The position numbers and the translations under genes are program-made. A model generated the notes under the pieces. That model had not been told where the DNA came from. It made no database searches and saw only the letters and a list, made by a program, of their open reading frames with translations. Shown here piece by piece: positions 1 through 9,817 of a stretch of DNA of 64,000 bases. The number at the start of each line of letters is the position of its first letter. Position 1 is the stretch's first letter. This DNA comes from Alphaproteobacteria bacterium (lineage in GTDB: Bacteria > Pseudomonadota > Alphaproteobacteria > Bin95): assembly GCA_965205265.1 (NCBI GenBank), contig CBDBGH010000003.1:4352001-4416000 (forward strand), given 5' to 3'.

Positions 1-1062
1 AGGACTCGCAGGTTCTGCTGGCGCTGATGGTGACGCGCGAAGGGCTGCCGATCAGCTACGAGGTCTTCCCCGGCGCCACCTACGAGGGACACAGCATGGT
101 CCCGGTCCTGCAGGACATGCAGCGCCGCCACCAGGTGGAGCGCACGGTATGCGTGGCCGACCGGGGCATGCTGAGCGCCGACAACCTCGACGCCATGGAC
201 GCCATCGGCGGCGAGTATGTCGTCGGCGCGCGGCTGCGCAAGCTGCCGCTCGCGCTGCTGGGGCAGGTTCTCGACCCCGGGACCTATGCCCCGCTGGAGG
301 GCTCACAGGACCGCCGGGTCGGCGAGTGGGAGTACAAGGGCCGTCGCCTGATCGTCGTCTTCTGCCCCCAGCGCGCACGCAAGGACGCGCACGAGCGCCG
401 CCATCAGGTGGAACGCCTGCTCGACAGGCTGGCCCGCAGCGACAATCCCAGGGAACTGCTCTCCAATCACGGGGCGAAGCGCTTCATCGCCGTCGAGGGC
501 GACGCACGGCTCACGGTGAACCCGGAGAAGATCGCCGAGGCCGCACGATGGGACGGGCTCACCGGCGTCATCACCAATCTGCGCGACGCGCGCGTCACCG
601 AAGTGATGGCTCACTACCAGGGGCTCTGGCAGGTCGAGGAGAGCTTCCGGATCACCAAACACGACCTGAAGATACGTCCCATCTGGCACTGGAACCCGGA
701 CCGGATCCGCGCTCACATCGCCATCGCCTTCCTGGCCTTCGCCTGCGTTCGACACCTTGCGTACCGCGTCGCCATCCAGAAGCGGCGGATGTCCCCGGAG
801 GTCATCCGCTCCGCCCTCGTCCACCGCCAGTGCTCCCTGCTGCGCTGTCGGCAATCGGGCAACCGCTACGTCATCCCCTCGAAGCCGACACCGGCGGCGG
901 AGCAGATTTACGCAACCATGGGGCTGCCCCTGACGATCACCCCGTATCAACTCGCCTGACCGTCGACGAAGCACGGCTCGAAGAAATGCCGGATGTAGTG
1001 CCTAGCCGAAATGAGAACCAGGCAATATCAACTACTTATGCGAATCAACCGTCGAAGTCAGG
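1..1062 (+). mobile_element. IS1634-family insertion sequence, right part
   Basis: Transposase ORF followed by terminal ...GTCGAAGTCAGG (ends 1062), after which a different reading frame (SPFH) starts abruptly. Confidence 0.8.
3..959 (+). CDS. IS1634-family DDE transposase (5' part outside window)
   Basis: GLPISYEVFPG, VADRGMLS, YQGLWQVEESFRITKHDLKIRPIWHW..RIRAH motifs. Confidence 0.88.
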   Translation, partial: DSQVLLALMVTREGLPISYEVFPGATYEGHSMVPVLQDMQRRHQVERTVCVADRGMLSADNLDAMDAIGGEYVVGARLRKLPLALLGQVLDPGTYAPLEGSQDRRVGEWEYKGRRLIVVFCPQRARKDAHERRHQVERLLDRLARSDNPRELLSNHGAKRFIAVEGDARLTVNPEKIAEAARWDGLTGVITNLRDARVTEVMAHYQGLWQVEESFRITKHDLKIRPIWHWNPDRIRAHIAIAFLAFACVRHLAYRVAIQKRRMSPEVIRSALVHRQCSLLRCRQSGNRYVIPSKPTPAAEQIYATMGLPLTITPYQLA

Positions 1063-1581
1063 TTCGAGGCCCGTATCCTCGACCCGAAACAGCGTTCGGC
1101 GGCCAAGGCGGCGCTGTCGATGTTCCCGGCCGACCGGATGATCCGCAATCGCCAGAAGGCCGTCGCCGCGATCATGACCGGCATGACAGCCGAATTGGAT
1201 GGCTTTCCGATCACCATCAACTCGCCGCAGATCGAGAATATCAGGCTACCGAAGGAATATGCCGAGGCGGTGCTGGAGAAGGAGCGTTCGCGCGAGAACG
1301 CCGAACGCGAAAAGCATGCGCTGGAGCGCCAGCGGCTAACTGCGCTGCAGGCGGTCAACACCGCCGAGGCTGACGCCCGGGCCAAGCGCATCGAGGCTGA
1401 GGCCGAAGCGTTCCGCGTAACGAGGGAGGCAGAAGCCGAGGCGGAGGCGATCCGGCTGGTGAACGAGCAGCTCGCCCGCTCGCCCCGCTATATCGAACTC
1501 ACCCGGGCCAAGCGCTGGAACGGCGTCCTGCCGACCACCGTGCTGAACGAGGGCGCGACGCCCCTGCTGTCGCTCAAATAA
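1063..1581 (+). pseudogene. SPFH/prohibitin-family protein, C-terminal remnant cut by IS1634
   Basis: Frame open from the IS end (FEARILDP..); QIENIRLPKEY, A/E-rich coiled coil and KRWNGVLPTT typical of prohibitin-like proteins. Confidence 0.75.
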
Positions 1582-1832
1582 CGCCCCAATCACGTGAGGC
1601 CAAGTCCCGGCGTCCGTACATGATTGTGGGCGCGTCCGGGACGTCTTCGCTTGTCGCCAGGCAGATGGCCCCGACCTGTCAGAATCCGGCTGGATCGATA
1701 TCCGGGCGGGCCGGTCGCTATCGAGCAACATTCTGAACCCGGTAGCCGCAGCCTGTCGCGGTAGATGAATTTCCCCCCGGCCTCGTCCATGCTGTCCGGT
1801 GCTTTGCGGCCAGGGCGAAAGGAGCGGCGGCA

Positions 1833-2960
1833 ATGACCTCGAAGGACAACGGAGGCAACGACCCGTCCCCGCCGGACCGAGCCGGCAACGTTATGGACCT
1901 GCTGATCGGCTGGCGCGCGGGCGGGACAGAGGCGGCGGGTGAACCGGCGGCCGAACGCAATGCCGAGGAAGCCGCCGAACCCGGCGCCGAGGCCGTGTCC
2001 GTTCCAGCTCCCGATCCTGCTGTCGCGACGACGGCGGAACTCGCCGCCGGCCAGCAGCGTATCCTGGGCCTTCTGGAGCAGCTCGCGCCAAAGCAGGCCG
2101 AAGCGACGACCGGCGAGGCCGGAACCGACCTGCAGGAGGCTGCGGCTGCGATCCAGGCGGCGACGGAGTGGGTGAGCGACATCCGCGCGGCGATCGAGAC
2201 CGTGCTGGCCGCGACGGGCAAGTCGATCCAGAACCTGAATGCGGCCGAACAGGGCCTCGGCGAGGAAGCGGCAGCGCTGAAGACCCGCGCCGGGGAGATC
2301 GACGGCCAGGTCGAGGCGCTCAGGTCGGGCGCGCGGGTACTCGGCACTCGGCTCAGGCAGCTGGACGAGGCGCGGCAGAATCTGGATGCGCGCTCTGCCG
2401 AACTCCAGGCGGTGAAGCAGGAGATCGCGAAATACTACGGCGAGTGGACTGCAGCGGCGTTGACCTACCGGCGGGAGATGGCGGGGCTGACGAAGCGCCT
2501 GGACGAGGGCGAGACGCTGGCGGCGCGCGTGGAGCAGTCGATCGACCCCTGGACCGAACGAATCGAGAAGAGCCTCGACGAGAGCGCGAAGGCGCAGAAG
2601 CGGGCTGCGGCGGAGACGTCGGGCAATGTGGAGCGGTTGACCCAGGGCGGCGACGCTTTCCTCGACAAGTTCGGTACAGCGTACAGTGAGGCGCTGGAAG
2701 GATTCCGGGCGGAGTGGCGGCGCACGCGGCGCTGGACCGTACCGGTTCTGGCGTCTGCGCTGATTCTGGCCTTGCCCGGTTTCACTGCGGTGGGAGCGTT
2801 CGGGCAAAGCCAGTTCGGCATTTTCAAGCCCTACGACGACACGGACGGCTGGAAACAGGCCGTGTGGGACTATCAGGGAGAAGACGTAAAGCGGTGCCTG
2901 ATGAGAGCCTCGAAGTCCCCGACGCCGGTCATGTGCAACTTTGAGGTCGACTGGCCATGA
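1833..2960 (+). CDS. Hypothetical coiled-coil protein with a C-terminal TM helix; relaxase-associated
   Basis: AAGGAG RBS; heptad-rich middle; hydrophobic WTVPVLASALILALPGFTAVGAF; directly upstream of the relaxase. Confidence 0.7.
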   Translation: MTSKDNGGNDPSPPDRAGNVMDLLIGWRAGGTEAAGEPAAERNAEEAAEPGAEAVSVPAPDPAVATTAELAAGQQRILGLLEQLAPKQAEATTGEAGTDLQEAAAAIQAATEWVSDIRAAIETVLAATGKSIQNLNAAEQGLGEEAAALKTRAGEIDGQVEALRSGARVLGTRLRQLDEARQNLDARSAELQAVKQEIAKYYGEWTAAALTYRREMAGLTKRLDEGETLAARVEQSIDPWTERIEKSLDESAKAQKRAAAETSGNVERLTQGGDAFLDKFGTAYSEALEGFRAEWRRTRRWTVPVLASALILALPGFTAVGAFGQSQFGIFKPYDDTDGWKQAVWDYQGEDVKRCLMRASKSPTPVMCNFEVDWP

Positions 2961-3013
2961 GCGTTGTTGCCCCGCACGGCAAGTTTGCGGTTCTGTCAGG
3001 CTGATCGAGGCGC

Positions 3014-6000
3014 ATGGTTGCGAACCTGAACGACCTCAGTTCGACCACGATGACGGTCGAGTATTTCGCGGAGGAGGGCTACTACGCGAAGAACGACCCG
3101 CGGCAGCGCCGGGCGAGCTTCTGGCACGGGGGCGCGGCCCGCGCGCTCGGCCTGCCGAAGCATGTCTCGCCGCGCCGTTTCGAGCGCATTCTGCTGGGCT
3201 ACGTGCCGGGCACGGATATCCGGCTCGGTCGGGCGCGTGACGGGGAGCACCAGCACAGGCCGGGCTTCGATCTCACGCTGTCGGCGCCGAAGACGGTCTC
3301 GCTGGAGGCGCTTCTGTATGGCGACCGGCGGGTTCTGGGCGCGCACGATGCGGCGGTGAAGACGACGCTCGACTGGCTGGAAGGGACCCTGCTGCAGACA
3401 CGGTCGTACGATCCCGTGACCCGCCAGCGTCCGCGCGTGGCGGCGAACGGCCTGGTGGCGGCCGGGTTCCGGCACTTGACGAGCCGGGACGAGGACCCTC
3501 AGCTGCACACGCACTGCATCATCGCCAACATGACGCGCAACCGTTCGGGCGAATGGCGAAGCGTCGAGCCGACGGAGATGCGGCGCAATGTGCGGTTGAT
3601 CGGGGCGGTCTACCGCCAGGAGCTGGCGCGGCGCCTGCTGGCGCTCGGGTTCCGGATCGAGTCGACGATGATCGGCGGCGTGCCGGGGTTCGAGATCGCG
3701 GGCTACGGGCGGGAGTTCGTGGACGCGTTCTCGTCCAGGCGGCGCGAGATCCTGGCGTGGCTGGACGAGCACGGGCTGCCCTGGAGCGCGGCGCTGACGC
3801 AGCAGGCGGCGCTCATCACCCGCAAGAAGAAGACGGACAAGGACATCGACGATCTGAGGGCGGAGTGGAAGGCGCGGGTCGAACGGCTCGGGCTTGTCCG
3901 GGACCGCAGCGTCGCGAAGCCGGGCCTTGGTCGCAGGGCGCAGGCAACGCAGAAGGCGGCGCGCAAGGCCGGGCGTCCCTATGTGCGCACGGCGGAGGAG
4001 CTCAGGCCCGAGCCGCCGGGGCTGAGTGCGCGGGAAGTGGTCTGGCGCGCGGTGGAACATCTTGCCGAGCGCGCCTCGGTCATCCGGGAAACCGACATAA
4101 GGGCGCTCGCGCTCGGTCACGCGCCCGGCCGGCACGAACTCGGAGATATAGACGCAGCGGTGACGGGGCTGGTTGCCGACGGCCACCTGGTGGAGGCGCA
4201 GGTCCTGGGCGGCCGGTCCTTCGCGACCCGGGAGGCGCTCGGCCTGGAGCGCGCGATCATGGCCCACAGGCGCCGGGCGCTCGGCGCCTCGGAACCGGTG
4301 GCGGAGGAAGGGCTCGTCTCGGGCCGGCTTGCCGAAACGATGCTCACCGAAGGGCAGAAGGAGGCGGTGCGCACGATCCTGTTGTCGCATGACCGCATCG
4401 TCGCGGTGCAGGGCGCGGCAGGCACCGGCAAGACGACCATGCTGAAGGAGGCGCTGGGACTGCTGGGCGAGCGCAAGGCGGTCCTGCTGGCGCCGTCGGC
4501 CGCCGCCGCGCGGGTCCTGCGGGAGGAGACCGGGTCCCGGGCGCGGACGCTGCAATGGTTCCTCACCCGCCATGGCGACCTCGGCAACGCCGCGCGTGTG
4601 GCGCGGGACCGGCAGGAACACGAGGGCTCGGTGCTGGTGCTGGACGAGGCGTCGATGGTCTCGACGGCGGAGATGGAGCTGCTGTTGCGGGTCGCGGAGC
4701 GGCTGCGGGTTGCGCGGCTGGTGCTGGTTGGCGACCGGCGCCAGCTTCGCGCCGTGTCCGCCGGCGAGCCGTTCCGGGCGCTGCAGGAGGCGGGCGTGGC
4801 GACGGCGGAGATGGAGGAGGTCCTGCGCCAGCGCGACCCGGCGCTGAAGGCCGCGGTCGAGCATCTGAAGGAGGGCCGCGCGCGCGAGGCGCTGCAAGGG
4901 CTCGAACATGTGCATGAGGCGCCGCAGCAGGAGCTGGGCGCGGAGGCGGCCCGCATCTGGCTTGCGCTCGATCCCGGCGAGAGGGAGCGGACGGCGATCC
5001 TGGCGCCGACGCATTTCATCCGGGCGGAGATCCACCGGGTCGTGCGGGACGGGCTTGCGCGCGAGGGTGTGCTGCACGGGCGCGAGCTGGAGATCGAGCG
5101 CTATGTGAACCGGCACCTGACAGCGGCGCAGCGGGCGGACCTGCGCAACCACGAGCCGGGCGACATCGTGCTGTTCCATTCGCGCGTGGCGCCGCTGCGG
5201 GTCGAGAAGGGCGACGCCTGCCGGGTGATGCGCACGGAGGGGGAGCTCGTCTTCCTGGAGCACCCGACGGGGCGCACCTTGCACATCCGGCCGGGCGACA
5301 ACTGGGTGCGCTACCGGTTCGGGCTCTACGAGACGGCGCGCATCCGCATCCGGGCGGGCGACCGCATCCGCTGGACGATGAACGATGAGCCGCGCGGACT
5401 CGTGAACGGCGGCGAGGCGGTCGTGCGGGAGATCGGCCCGCGCCGGGTGAAGTTCGATCTCGGCGACGGCAAGACGCTGTCGCTCGCCCGCACCGACCCG
5501 CAGCTTCGCCATATCGACCATGCCTGGAGCACGACCGTGCATGCGGCGCAGGGCATGACCCGCGATCGCGCGATCGGCGTGCTCGACACGGGACACGGGG
5601 CATTGACCGGCCAGGCGGGCCTCTATGTGGAGGTGAGCCGGGCCAGGGACCAGTTCGTGCTGGTGACCAACGACCGCGAGCGGCTGGAAGAGGTTCTGGA
5701 AGCGAATGACGGCGCGCGCATGACGGCGCTGGAGGCGGTGGGCGAGGGGGAGGACCCGCCGCCGGGCGCGCCTGCCGCAGCGCTTGCGATGCTGCGCGGG
5801 CTGGAGGCGGACTGGCGCCGGCTCGTCGTCCAAGCGGAAACACAAGGTCGGGAACTCACCCGCATGGAAGACTATGCCCGCATCGTCACCGGCGCGGCGA
5901 TGCTGGCGGAGGACATGGCGCTTCCCGCGGACCTGCGGGCGTTCGTGGAGGAGGTCCGGCGCCGGGACGCGCAGGCGATTGCGGAGCGCAAGCGCGGGTT

Positions 6001-8251
6001 CGCGTTCCTGCGCAGGGCCGAGATGCACTGCCGAGGCTGGCCGCTGCTGAAATGGGCGGCAGCAAAGCGCGGGCATTCGCTCGCCGCGCTACCGGAGCAT
6101 GCGGCCTGGCTGGCCGACGGCGAGGCGCTTGCCGGGACGGGAGAGCGGCTTCGGGCGGCGAGCGGCAGGAGCGTCGCCGGAAGGATTGCATCCGCGCTCC
6201 GGCGCCTGGAGCGCAGCCGCGAGGTGGACGAGGCGGAGCGGTTCCGGGAGGCCGCGGCGCGGCACGAGGCTGGCGCGCGGGCGGCGGGCCTCGATCCCCG
6301 CGAGGCGGCCGGTGCCAGGGCGCTGGCGCAATGGGCGGGACGGCTCCGGGGCCGGGAGATACCGGAGGCCGTGCGTCCGACCGTCGAGGCTTGGTGTGAG
6401 GCGGCCAGGGAACCCGTGCCTGCTTCCGAAACGCGCCGCCGGGAAACCTCTCCGACGCCCGACGACAGGAAGGCCGCGCTGCAGATCGAGCTGTTCCTGG
6501 CGGATTGCGACGGTCTCCTGTTCGAGGCCAGCCCTGGAGCCGCGGAACTGCCAGCCGGCGCCGGACAACCGGTCCCCTGGAACGATCGGGCGGAGATGCT
6601 TCGCCGGCAGGGGCTCCGCATGCTGGGCGAGGGACCGGGCGCCTGGCTCGACGATCCGCTGCGTATCCGCCTTGCGCGTGTCGAGGCAGACCGCGTGCGG
6701 GTCCGCGAAGCCGTTGACAGGATCGCAGAGGCAGCGCTGCAGCGCCGCTCGGAGGAGTTCATGGCGCTTGGACGCCTCGTCCGGCGGCGCTACCGGGAGG
6801 CGAAGTCCGATCCGGTCGACGTCGAGGAATGGGCCGCGCTCCGGGACCGGGCGGAGGCGCTGCGCGGCGAGCCCGGCCTGTCGCCGTCGGTGGAACGCGC
6901 CGTGCGCTGGGTGCGGGAGCGGGACGCCCGCGCCAGGGCCGAGACCCGGCCGGTCGCGGCGTTCCTGGAAACCGGCGGCGCGCATCTGCGGCGGCGAGAG
7001 GCAATCGAGGAGACGGCCCGGTCGCGGGGCGTCGCGCCCGTAACGCTGGAGGAAACGGCGGCCTGGCGGGACGGCTGCGCCGGTATCCGCGGCGCCGGGC
7101 GGCGCCTGCTTGGCGAGACCAGCGGCGATGAGGCGGAGACCCGGGCCGCCCGCCGTCTTGCCGACATGCCCCGTTTGAGAGGCCGGGTACGGGAGGTCCT
7201 GGACCGGCTGGATGCGGCTGAGATGCAGGACCGGAGAGACCGGTTCCATGCGCTTGCGGACGAGGTCGAGGCGCAGGCCGTCGAACGGGACGCGCTGGCG
7301 CTTCATGCCGATGGCTATGCGGGCGCAATGGCGCTCGCGGAGGAACTGCAGAGCTCGGAGGCGCTACCGGAAACGCTCCGGCAGAGGGTCGAGGGCTGGC
7401 TCTCCCGCGACCGCCAGTGGCAGGAGGAGCTGGCGTCGGTCGCCCGGCTTGCGGGCGCGACCGCGAAATCGGCCAATCCGGCCGCGCGCCGCGAGGCTGC
7501 TGGCCGGCCTGCGGTGGCGGAGGCCATACGCCGCGAGACCGCCCGGCTCGCGCGTCTGCCGGAACCCGGGCGCACGATTCGCTGGACCGGGGAGGAGCCG
7601 CTCGTTCCGGGCGACCGGGTCCGCATCGCCGAGGGCGCGCACATGGTCGAGGCCGTCGTAATCTCCGCAGGAGCGGCAGGCGGCATACGCCCCGACGATG
7701 CGATACGGCTGCTGATCCTGTGGCCCGGGGCTGCGGGAGCGCCGCCCCGGGCCGGAGTCGTCATTCCCTATGATGCCGGGTATCTCGCCAAGTCCGGTTG
7801 CGTCCGCGCCGCCTGGGCCGATGAGGGACTACGGGAGCTGGAGCTGGCCCGGCATGTGTCCGTGCCATCGGCCTTCTGCCGCCTGCCCTGCGACGAACCG
7901 GTCCGCGGCGACCGCATCGCCTGGACCGAGACCGCCGGGGAGGATGGCCAGGTCCGCACCATCGAGGCCAGGGTGACGGCGCGGGCCAACGACATCCTCT
8001 ACGGCAGCGCCAGGCTGGAACTTGAAGCTCTCGAAGCCGCCGGTCCCGACGCACCCGAGCCGGGCAGTGGTATCGAGAGGACGGCCGCCGCCGTCGCCGC
8101 CCGTGGCTGCTTCCGCGCCGAGTGGGGCGACGAAGCGCGCCGCGAGCGCATACTCAACCCGCCAAAGCCCGTCCAGGCGCCGCGGCAGGCGCAGCAACAG
8201 GAGCAGACACAGCGCATCGACCGCTCTGAAGGTGGCGGTTTGCGCATGTGA
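3014..8251 (+). CDS. MOBF (TrwC/TraI-like) relaxase-helicase with long C-terminal extension
   Basis: N-terminal EYF..GYY tyrosines, FDLTLSAPK, HLTSRDEDPQLHTH (HUH), Walker A QGAAGTGKTT, VLDEASM, LVGDRRQL, TVHAAQG, YVEVSRAR. Confidence 0.93.
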   Translation: MVANLNDLSSTTMTVEYFAEEGYYAKNDPRQRRASFWHGGAARALGLPKHVSPRRFERILLGYVPGTDIRLGRARDGEHQHRPGFDLTLSAPKTVSLEALLYGDRRVLGAHDAAVKTTLDWLEGTLLQTRSYDPVTRQRPRVAANGLVAAGFRHLTSRDEDPQLHTHCIIANMTRNRSGEWRSVEPTEMRRNVRLIGAVYRQELARRLLALGFRIESTMIGGVPGFEIAGYGREFVDAFSSRRREILAWLDEHGLPWSAALTQQAALITRKKKTDKDIDDLRAEWKARVERLGLVRDRSVAKPGLGRRAQATQKAARKAGRPYVRTAEELRPEPPGLSAREVVWRAVEHLAERASVIRETDIRALALGHAPGRHELGDIDAAVTGLVADGHLVEAQVLGGRSFATREALGLERAIMAHRRRALGASEPVAEEGLVSGRLAETMLTEGQKEAVRTILLSHDRIVAVQGAAGTGKTTMLKEALGLLGERKAVLLAPSAAAARVLREETGSRARTLQWFLTRHGDLGNAARVARDRQEHEGSVLVLDEASMVSTAEMELLLRVAERLRVARLVLVGDRRQLRAVSAGEPFRALQEAGVATAEMEEVLRQRDPALKAAVEHLKEGRAREALQGLEHVHEAPQQELGAEAARIWLALDPGERERTAILAPTHFIRAEIHRVVRDGLAREGVLHGRELEIERYVNRHLTAAQRADLRNHEPGDIVLFHSRVAPLRVEKGDACRVMRTEGELVFLEHPTGRTLHIRPGDNWVRYRFGLYETARIRIRAGDRIRWTMNDEPRGLVNGGEAVVREIGPRRVKFDLGDGKTLSLARTDPQLRHIDHAWSTTVHAAQGMTRDRAIGVLDTGHGALTGQAGLYVEVSRARDQFVLVTNDRERLEEVLEANDGARMTALEAVGEGEDPPPGAPAAALAMLRGLEADWRRLVVQAETQGRELTRMEDYARIVTGAAMLAEDMALPADLRAFVEEVRRRDAQAIAERKRGFAFLRRAEMHCRGWPLLKWAAAKRGHSLAALPEHAAWLADGEALAGTGERLRAASGRSVAGRIASALRRLERSREVDEAERFREAAARHEAGARAAGLDPREAAGARALAQWAGRLRGREIPEAVRPTVEAWCEAAREPVPASETRRRETSPTPDDRKAALQIELFLADCDGLLFEASPGAAELPAGAGQPVPWNDRAEMLRRQGLRMLGEGPGAWLDDPLRIRLARVEADRVRVREAVDRIAEAALQRRSEEFMALGRLVRRRYREAKSDPVDVEEWAALRDRAEALRGEPGLSPSVERAVRWVRERDARARAETRPVAAFLETGGAHLRRREAIEETARSRGVAPVTLEETAAWRDGCAGIRGAGRRLLGETSGDEAETRAARRLADMPRLRGRVREVLDRLDAAEMQDRRDRFHALADEVEAQAVERDALALHADGYAGAMALAEELQSSEALPETLRQRVEGWLSRDRQWQEELASVARLAGATAKSANPAARREAAGRPAVAEAIRRETARLARLPEPGRTIRWTGEEPLVPGDRVRIAEGAHMVEAVVISAGAAGGIRPDDAIRLLILWPGAAGAPPRAGVVIPYDAGYLAKSGCVRAAWADEGLRELELARHVSVPSAFCRLPCDEPVRGDRIAWTETAGEDGQVRTIEARVTARANDILYGSARLELEALEAAGPDAPEPGSGIERTAAAVAARGCFRAEWGDEARRERILNPPKPVQAPRQAQQQEQTQRIDRSEGGGLRM

Positions 8252-8302
8252 AGGCGCGTATTTAAGAGGATTATGTCGGGTAGTGCCCAAATGGGCTGAA
8301 AT

Positions 8303-8476
8303 TCAACCCGGAGGCTGGCTTGGTTTCCGGGCTTCTTTCTCCGGCACCCATTTGCCGTCTTGCCAGTATTCCAGTTCACCGGGTCGGGCACCATGACGCA
8401 CTCTTACAGCGGGCGCGTTCAAATCAGGCTCTCCGGGCGGGGTCCTCGGCTTGTCCTTGTTCTCGCCTATTTTCAT
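8303..8476 (-). CDS. Putative 57-aa small protein (MKIGENKDKP..ELEYWQDGKWVPEKE..)
   Basis: ATG with upstream AAGGAG and TGA at 8303-8305; below the ORF-track length cutoff; no family recognised. Confidence 0.35.
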   Translation of the reverse strand: MKIGENKDKPRTPPGEPDLNAPAVRVRHGARPGELEYWQDGKWVPEKEARKPSQPPG

Positions 8477-8572
8477 CGAGATGGTAGTCTCCTTAGAGCC
8501 TGACCCGAAAAGAGTTGAGCGGTTTCAAGGGTTTGTGATTCAGTTCGTTTGGAAGCCGAACGGAGATCACGG

Positions 8573-9003
8573 ATGCCCTGGACCGAAACCGCTCGCCGAG
8601 AGTATCGGCGGGATTGCCCGCGCTATGCAAGCGATGTGACTGATGGTGAATGGGCTTTGATCGAGCCCTTCATGCCGTCGCCCTGCGGTATCGGCCGCCC
8701 GCGCAAGACCGATCTGCGCGAGGTCGTGAACGCGGTGCTGTATATGGCCTCGACGGGATGCCAGTGGCGCCAGTTGCCGAAGGACTTCCCGCCGGTCTCG
8801 ACGGTGCAGCGCTATTTCTACCAGTGGCGTGACAGCAGGCTGTGGCAGACGATCCGGTTCCATCTGGCCGTGCAGGCACGCGAGCGCGAGGGGCGCGAGG
8901 CCCAGCCGAGTGCGGGCGTGATCGACAGCCAGACGGTGAAAACCACCGAGGCGGGCGGGGTCAGCGGCTATGACGGTGGAAAGAAGATCAAGGGCCGCAA
9001 GCG
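8573..9003 (+). pseudogene. IS5 transposase, N-terminal half
   Basis: YASDVTDGEW, TGCQWRQLPKDFPP, IDSQTVKT, KKIKGRKR; cut by IS66. Confidence 0.9.
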
Positions 9004-9093
9004 GTAAGCATCCGACAAGGGCCGCAGGGTATGTCGGTTTGAGTTTGTCGGCGGCGCGCGGCTGATCGGGACGGATCAGGTGAGCTTGTCTGG

Positions 9094-9316
9094 CTATGCG
9101 GCGTGATTGTGCCGCTGGCTGTCCTGCCAGTTCCAGGGGAGGAGTTCGCCGAGCCGGCTCTGCGGCGTCTCTGCGATCCGGCGCAGGACATCGGCGAGCC
9201 AGGCCTGGGGGATCGACGTTGTTGAGCTTGGCGGTGCCGATGAGGGTATACATGGCTGCGGCGCGCCTGCCGCCGCGGTCGGAGCCGGCGAACAGCCACG
9301 CTTTGCGGCCGAGTGC
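9094..9316 (-). pseudogene. tnpC: IS66 tnpC C-terminal fragment
   Basis: ALGRKAWLFAGSDRGG..MYTLIGTAKLNNVDP, then a frameshift in the G5 run 9207-9211, then QAWLADVL..LLPWNW. Confidence 0.88.
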
Positions 9317-9801
9317 GATCGTGCATTCATTCTGCCCATGTCGGGCAGGACTGCGTCATCCATTACCCGTGGCATGCCCATTTCGGCCGCCGTGTCCGCC
9401 TTGAAGTTATCGAACAGCGTGCCGACGGCCTCATGGCCTCTGTCGAGGTAGAGCCCGGGCTGGTCATCAAGATTCCCGCCTGGTCGCTCGATCCTGCGTC
9501 ATGCGCCGGCATGGAGATCGGCGCGCCGCGTGTATCCCTGGCCGCTCTTGCCGCGCTTCACGAGGTTCTCGTCGGCCAGGGTTTTAGACGAAGCTCCTCC
9601 GCTGACGGGACGGTTAGTGAGGAGGAGCTCAATGAAGTCTTTGGCTGTACCGGCGAGGCCGCCGGGCGAGTTCCGACAGCTCAGCATGCTGTTGGACACA
9701 CCGGCGCTGCGTGGCCTGAACCGGGAGGAACGCGACGCGGTCGTGGGCGCGCTGGCCGGGCTGCTTCTGGAAGCGGCGGATTTCGCGGTGAAGGAGGATG
9801 A
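9313..9801 (+). CDS. Accessory ORF1 of the integrase element; native start lies across attP
   Basis: HSAH..IHYPWH..IPAWSLDPASC..PRVSLAALAAL; in frame with ATG 11891 after circularisation. Confidence 0.6.
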   Translation: MRSCIHSAHVGQDCVIHYPWHAHFGRRVRLEVIEQRADGLMASVEVEPGLVIKIPAWSLDPASCAGMEIGAPRVSLAALAALHEVLVGQGFRRSSSADGTVSEEELNEVFGCTGEAAGRVPTAQHAVGHTGAAWPEPGGTRRGRGRAGRAASGSGGFRGEGG

Positions 9802-9817
9802 CGATGAGCACCTCTGA
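9632..9817 (+). CDS. Accessory ORF2 (61 aa) overlapping the integrase start
   Basis: GAGGAGG RBS; RQLSMLLD..LNREERDAVVGALAGLLLEAA amphipathic helix. Confidence 0.6.
   Translation: MKSLAVPARPPGEFRQLSMLLDTPALRGLNREERDAVVGALAGLLLEAADFAVKEDDDEHL

Noticed and set aside
2996-6076. 1026-aa minus-strand ORF (similar long ORFs at 26496-28781, 31260-33929, 44472-47246, 48147-51386)
   Set aside because: Antisense shadows of real genes, expected from high-GC codon bias; no motifs
8418-8431. TTCAAATCAGGCTC resembling the IS5 right IR
   Set aside because: Short 12/14 match with no TSD or transposase remnant; may be chance
9207-9211. Frameshift in tnpC as programmed recoding
   Set aside because: A single extra base in a G5 run; decay or homopolymer error is more likely
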